Source of the DNA: Hypanus sabinus | Lineage: Eukaryota | Direction: 5' to 3' | DNA length: 64,000 nucleotides | Assembly (NCBI RefSeq): GCF_030144855.1 | Contig: NC_082710.1 | Span: 171,740,001 to 171,804,000 of the forward strand | Part shown: positions 62,052-64,000 of the stretch, piece by piece | Layout of the letters: each line of letters opens with the position of its first letter | How positions within the stretch are numbered: position 1 is the stretch's first letter | Translations under genes and position numbers: made by a program | Notes under the pieces: generated by a model | What the model saw: only the letters and a program-made list of their open reading frames with translations | Told to the model about the DNA's origin: nothing | Database searches by the model: none

Positions 62052-62975
62052 TGTTACATACTCCGTAACTGGGTGTGAGACCAGCAGAGAGAGAAGAATC
62101 TGTTGGAGTATGGTGGTACTATATTCAAAGGAGCTTATTAGTAAAATAAGCAAAACAGTACCAATAAGGCAAATATACATATAAAACAAGTTAGCAGTAA
62201 TAAACCTAAAAGTGTGGGAATAATAATAAGCAATAATAAACAAGCTCTATCGATGTCTAGGGGTGAAAAAATTGTCATAAGTTCAATTCATGCGTGCTGA
62301 GGTAGTTATGGTTGTGGTTTTGTAATCGTTGGAGAGAGAGAGAAAGAGAGAGCAAGAGATTGAACCAGCAACCCTTCCTGGTGCCTTCTGATTCCGTTGT
62401 TCCGTTGTGGTCATTCGGATATGACCCCTCCGTTCTTCAGCTAGACCGTTCTTCTGTGGTGGACTCGTCACTCTGGCATGAGTAGATACACACACAAGTC
62501 CCCACCGACCCTGCCGTCACACTTGTGAGCTTTACTGACCGATCTCCTGATTCGGTCCTCGATGCCCCCACCTTCTCGTGTAACCTTCTCAAAACTCAGT
62601 CAGTGTCCACTGGTGTGTCTGAGGGTTGTCTTTCCAGACCTGTCTTTTATCCCTATAGACGGGGTTTCAGCTATCCATCAACTTTAAATGACTGTGTCCA
62701 TCATAGCAGGCCACTCCTGCGGTCTCCTGAGGAATATTAACTAGCAAAAATAATGTCCTTGTAGTGGAAGGTAAATAATCCAAAAAGAGTCAAAATATAA
62801 TAAATCAACAATCCCCTCTCTCTCTTATCTGTAGCAGATGGACTGCCTTTGTTCTTCATCTCTCACATCCCTCATTAGCAGTATAGCAACAGCAATAGTT
62901 CATAGTTCTCGGGGGGGGGGGTGGATGGTTAACTCTGCACCACAATTCCATCAGGTCGGTTCGGCACTCATAACA
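62052..62975 (-). mobile_element. Solo LTR
   Basis: tgtta...taaca termini and 4-bp TSD ACTG (62048-62051, 62976-62979). Shares blocks (ctaggggt, gtagttatgg, ccgttcttctgtggtgga) with 41050-42124. Confidence 0.85.
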
Positions 62976-64000
62976 ACTGATGTTTCTGACTCGACCTCGG
63001 AGACTGTCGTTCCGCTGTGCCTGGGTTCAGTCGTTGCCAGCATCCACTACGATAATCAAGCCTTTTATAAAGCTGTATCAGATCTCGCTTAAGCCTTCAC
63101 CGCTCCAGAAAACAGTTCAGATTTTACAGCCTCTCGTTATTCCAGATGTCCTCTAAGCCAAGCAACATCCATATTTAGTTTGAAGTGGCGTCGCAAATAG
63201 TGTAAACAGGGTAAATAGCGTAAAGGCAAGCATGGTGGAAGTTGAAATATTTAAGGGGAATATGAGGGGGAACATGAGGACCAGGAAAGTGTAGAACGAG
63301 TTACCAGCACGTGGTGCATGTAAGCTCGATTTCAACGTTTAGGTGAAGTTCGGATGCAGGATTATGGAGGGAAATAGACTGGCGCAGGTTGATGGAAATA
63401 TTAAATATTTCGACACAGACCAAATGGCCTGCTTCTGTGCTGCAGTTTTCTATGACTTCATACCGGAATTCCAGGACACCTCTCCTACAGCATTTCCAAA
63501 GCCTCAACGTCCTTACTATAATCGGGCAAACAGACCTGCTTGGAATACTCCAGATGCGGACGAACTAGAGTTTTACGAAGTTACAGCACAACTTACTGAG
63601 TTTGGACCTCAGTGCCTCGACTAGTAAAGACAATGCCTTCTCAACCACTATTCGGAAAGCATTTGAAAGCAACCGATCAAAATCACAAACATGAGACAAT
63701 GAATTGGTGGCGAAGATGCTGACTAAAGAGGAAAGGCACCAGGGAATCATAAAACCATCATGATAGTTGTTATTTGTGGGCTAGATTTTCAAGGCGACTA
63801 AAGTAGATTCAGTGGATTGAATTTCACCCAGGTAGTTGAACATTTTACTTTCGGACAGTTTAATGTGCCAGGAATTAAATTGCTACATGACGAAAAATTT
63901 GAGATGCTCATGTCAGGTTAACTTTGCTTTATTGTTGTTTTCAGGCCTGCTGTGCAGAAAACAGAATTGAACCTGAAAGTCAATAAGGCATAAAAAGAGA

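Noticed and set aside
1032-63750. Most remaining ORFs in the six-frame track
   Set aside because: They are antisense or off-frame shadows of LINE/LTR sequence, or run through N gaps, and have no independent coding evidence.

Overview
Eukaryotic, repeat-dense DNA from a vertebrate, most likely a cartilaginous fish and probably a batoid (inferred from the CR1, V-SINE, Rex-Babar and Penelope repeat types). Most of the window is transposable elements. These include many CR1 LINE copies (one near full length), Rex-Babar, Penelope-like elements with minimal hammerhead ribozyme motifs, Nimb, L1/Tx1, a hAT remnant, solo LTRs with target-site duplications, a V-SINE and a MITE-like inverted repeat. There are three N gaps. 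Host-gene content is a small + strand cluster of NKp30/NCR3-like single Ig-V receptors. One copy has an intact leader exon (50778-50817) and an intact germline VJ-type exon (54855-55196). A paralogous V exon at 25708-26053 is pseudogenised. The only NKp30-like transmembrane segment I can find after the intact V exon is frameshifted and followed by an LTR insertion, which raises the possibility of a secreted form. The first 1.2 kb looks like a decayed viral class I fusion glycoprotein (env-like) gene. Repeat boundaries were read by eye and are approximate unless a TSD is quoted. No database searches were run.
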